DNA of 64,000 nt from Octopus sinensis. Its lineage: Eukaryota. The number at the start of each line of letters is the position of its first letter. Position 1 is the stretch's first letter. The notes under the pieces were generated by a model. That model worked only from the letters and a program-made list of their open reading frames with translations, made no database searches and was not told the DNA's origin. The translations under genes were made by a program, and so were the position numbers. The DNA is taken from the NCBI RefSeq assembly GCF_006345805.1, contig NC_043024.1, positions 7,254,001-7,318,000 on the forward strand, written 5' to 3'. Shown piece by piece: positions 60,553-64,000 of the stretch.

Positions 60553-62480
60553 GTTCTCTATTTAAGAGACAAGGAATTATGTACATTATTTACGTTTGAC
60601 AAGATATTTGTCATCTTGTTTGCTGTTACCATCTATTGAGGCCTATAGTGAGCTGTTGAGGTTCAGCATGTCAACCACTGAGCCACTTCCTTGTGGATAT
60701 AATCAGTCCATCAGCAGGAAAGTCAACATCGTACGCGAAGAATTCCACCCACTTCTCAGGATTGATCAAGGTTACCCCCATTGAATCCAACCAGATGGTG
60801 AGTCTAGCTGTGATAAGTCTGTTCACCAAAGTCCCAACTGGTGAAGAACTATCGGTGAAACAAGAAAAACTGACAGACACCCATCTAAAAGAACGCACTA
60901 GTATACCAATAAGAAACTTGATGGAAATGTTGACCTTCTGTGGAGAAACTACCTACTTCAGTATGGACACTGATATATATCTATTTCTTTACTACCCACA
61001 AGGGGTTAAACACAGCGAGGACAAACAAAGACAGGCATAGGTATTAAGTCGATTACATCGACCCCAGTGCGTAACTGGTACTTAATTTATCGACCCCGAA
61101 AGGATGAAAAGTAAAGTCGACCTCGGCAGAATTTGAACTCAGAACATAACGGCAGACGTAATACCGCTAAGCATTTCGCCCGACGTGCTAACGATTCTGC
61201 CAGCTCGCCCGCCTTCTGATATATATCGACAAGAAGAGGGTTTAGCTATGGATTCGCTTTTATCACCGATAATAGCTAATATATACATGAAATACTTTGA
61301 GAATTTGGCTTTAGGATCAACACCACTAAAACCAACCCTATGGCTGCGATATGTTGACACCTTTATACTTAGGCCCCACCAGGAAGATCTCCGAGTGCTG
61401 TTGGATCATGTGAACTCAATAAAGCCACCCATACAGTTCACAATGGCAAAGGAAAAAGACAATCAGCTAGCATTCCTGGACGAATTAATAACGCACATCA
61501 AGTATGGATTCAGGACATCCGTATACTGCAAGCCGACCTTCACTGGACGGTACCTCAACTTCAATTCCCACCAACCATACAGTGTAAAGAGAGGGATTGC
61601 TCAGTGCCTAAAACATTGAGCAAAGAATATAAGTAGCGATCGGGATACCCACCACGAAGAAATGATCAAGCTCAGTAACAATCTATTAAGCAACAACTAC
61701 CCCAAAAACATACTATCCACTCCAGTTATGAAGAAAAGAGAGGATTAAACCAATAAACTGTCCACAGTCTGTCTACCCTATGTAGAAGGCCTCTCCGAAA
61801 AGATACAAAAGATATGTGACCCATATGACATCAGGACTGTATTCAAGAGTAATACAACACTTCGCAAATATCTTCGAGTAAAACCAATAGAAGAGAATAT
61901 GACCAAAGACCGCGTGTATTCCATCCCATACAGCCGAGGTACGTTATACAAAGGTGAAACATGCCACCCCTTCAAAATAAGGGTAGACGAACATCGCAAA
62001 GCTGTGACATGAGGAGATATTGGTAAATCAGGTATAGGTGATCATGTATGGAAAAATGGAGACCACCTCCCCCTGTGGGATGAAGTTAAAATAATATACA
62101 GAGAATGCCACGGGAAAATATGAAAACTAAAAGAAGCAGCACATATGCTAGGACATAAGAACCTCCTAAGCAGACTGAGTGCAGATATGAATAGCATATG
62201 GGAACCAGTATTAAGGCGGCGAGCTGGCAGAAACGTTAGCATGCCGGGCGAAATGCTTAGCAGTATTTCGTCTGCGTTACGTTGTGAGTTGAAATTCCGT
62301 CGAGGTCGACTTTGCCTTTCATCCTTTCGGGGTCGATAAATTAAGTACCAGTTACTCACTGGAGTCGATGTAATCGACTTAATACCTATGTCTGTCCCCT
62401 CTGTGTTTGGCCCCTTGTGGATAATAAAGAAATAAGTATTAAGGAAGGATAGGAAAATATTAGATTTATAAACCCTAAAA
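60553..62480 (+). mobile_element. Defective Penelope-like retroelement (RT plus GIY-YIG endonuclease) with inverted upstream terminal segment and two nested SINE A copies
   Basis: MVSLAVISLFTKVP...TTYF; YRQEEGLAMDSLLSPIIANIYM; WLRYVDTF; QFTM.KEKDNQLAFLD; SVYCKPTFTGRYLNFNSHQP; LPYVEGLSE; RVYSIPYSRGTLYKGET...DEH...DHVW. Stops and frameshifts are present. Confidence 0.92.
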
Positions 62481-63095
62481 TTCACTCCATAATTGCCCAC
62501 GAGCATGTGGTTCTGCTAGCTTGCCGCCTAAATAATAATAATCATCCTTTCTTATTTTGGCACAAGGCCAGCAAATTTGATGGGTGAGGAAGTCAATTAC
62601 ATCAAAACAACCCTACTCCCCACTCCAAGTGCTCAACTGGTGCTTACTTTATCAACCCTGAAAGGATGAAAGTGGACCTCGGCGGAATTTGAACCCAGAA
62701 CGTAAAAACGAACAACTTGCTGTTAGGCAGTTTGTCCAAGAATCGTGTAAAAACAAAATAATTAGATTAAGATTTATTCGTGAAATACAGTTGCTTTGAT
62801 TTTGCTTCAGAAAGAGGTTTATGTTTGCGGTGGTTAGCTGGGGGTGAGGGCGCTAGGAATGGCCTGGGCGTCAAGGGGGCAGCAGCCTGAAAAAGTTTGG
62901 GAACCACTAAGTTATATCAACAAGTTTGTCATGGTGTAGGAGTGGCTGTGTGGTAAGTAGCTTGCTTACCAACCACATAGTTCCAGGTTCAGTCCCACTG
63001 CGTGGCACCTCGGGCAAGTGTCTTCTACTATAGCCTCGGGCCGACCAAAGCCTTGTGAGTGGATTTGGTAGACAGAAACTGAAAGAAGCCTGTCG

Positions 63096-63128
<33 letters not shown>

Positions 63129-63795
63129 TTGTCCCTCCAACATCGCTTGACAACCGATGGTGGTGTGTTTGCGTCCGCATAACTTAGTGGTTCGCAAAAG
63201 AGACCAAATAGAATAAGTACTGGGCTTACAAAGAATAAGTCCCAGGGTCGAGTTGCTTGACTAAAGGCAGTGCTCTAGCATGGCCGCAGTCAAATGACTG
63301 AAACAAGTAAAAGAGTTTAGTAAATAAATAAGTTAACATAATATGTCTAAAAGTTGATGAACCACCTATTGTTCTCCATTTTCTTATTGCTTTACATATA
63401 TATATATATATACAATAATAATATTAGGGAGTAAATCAAAACTTACAGGGAAAAATTAGATTTAGGATTAAATCTAATTTTATAGTATAAATATATATAT
63501 TAAATTAGAGATAAAACCACTATTAGGCAAATCAAACAGTGAAAATCATAAACCAATACATAGAAATAAAATTAATTAATTAAAAAAAAATTAATAATAA
63601 TAATAATAAAATATATGTATAGAGATATATATATATAAAAATTTATAAGTATAAATTATTAATTTAAATAATTTTTTAAATTTTAACTTTAATTTAAATT
63701 TTGAATTTTATATATTTTATTAATTAATTTTATTTCTATGTACTGGTTTTATGATTTTCACTGATTTGCCTAATAGTGGTTTTATCTCTAATTTA

Positions 63796-63826
<31 letters not shown>

Positions 63827-64000
63827 AGATAAGAAATAGTAATTTGTGGTAAATCATTTTACCTTTGCCCATATAATACAGTAAATGAATTGATTGCATT
63901 GCAATCCTTAACATTTATGTATTAACTTTGTTGGGTACTTCACTAGCAGTATATTGGATATACGTTATCCCATAGAGGGTTGCATTTACAAACCCTATCT

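Overview
AT-rich, repeat-dense eukaryotic genomic DNA. The repeat families suggest an Octopus-like coleoid cephalopod (inference, not searched). One protein-coding gene dominates: a RanBP2/Nup358 (E3 SUMO ligase nucleoporin) orthologue on the minus strand. I traced 26 GT-AG exons by hand. Block 1 (49262 to 24182, 14 phase-consistent exons, 1589 nt) encodes the N-terminal TPR/alpha-helical region. Block 2 (20796 to 175, 12 phase-consistent exons, 2672 nt) encodes a low-complexity FG-type segment, a Ran-binding domain, an IR-type SUMO-E3 motif, a second RanBD and a third divergent RanBD; the gene continues past position 1. The two blocks are phase-incompatible and separated by a 100-N assembly gap (22791-22890) that probably hides the middle exons. 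The first coding exon was not found. Introns and upstream DNA are packed with tRNA-headed SINEs, RTE and CR1 LINE fragments, Tc1/mariner relics, TTAA-flanked MITEs, a defective Penelope-like element (PLE) and GA-rich microsatellites. Most ORFs in the supplied track are repeat artefacts. Best leads: (1) a tRNA-headed SINE carrying a hammerhead core whose 3' tail matches the inverted terminal segment of the PLE in this window; (2) a second minimal hammerhead in a short (TA)n-inserted element; (3) a tandem array giving six decoy copies of a RanBP2 3' splice site, each leading to a stop codon.
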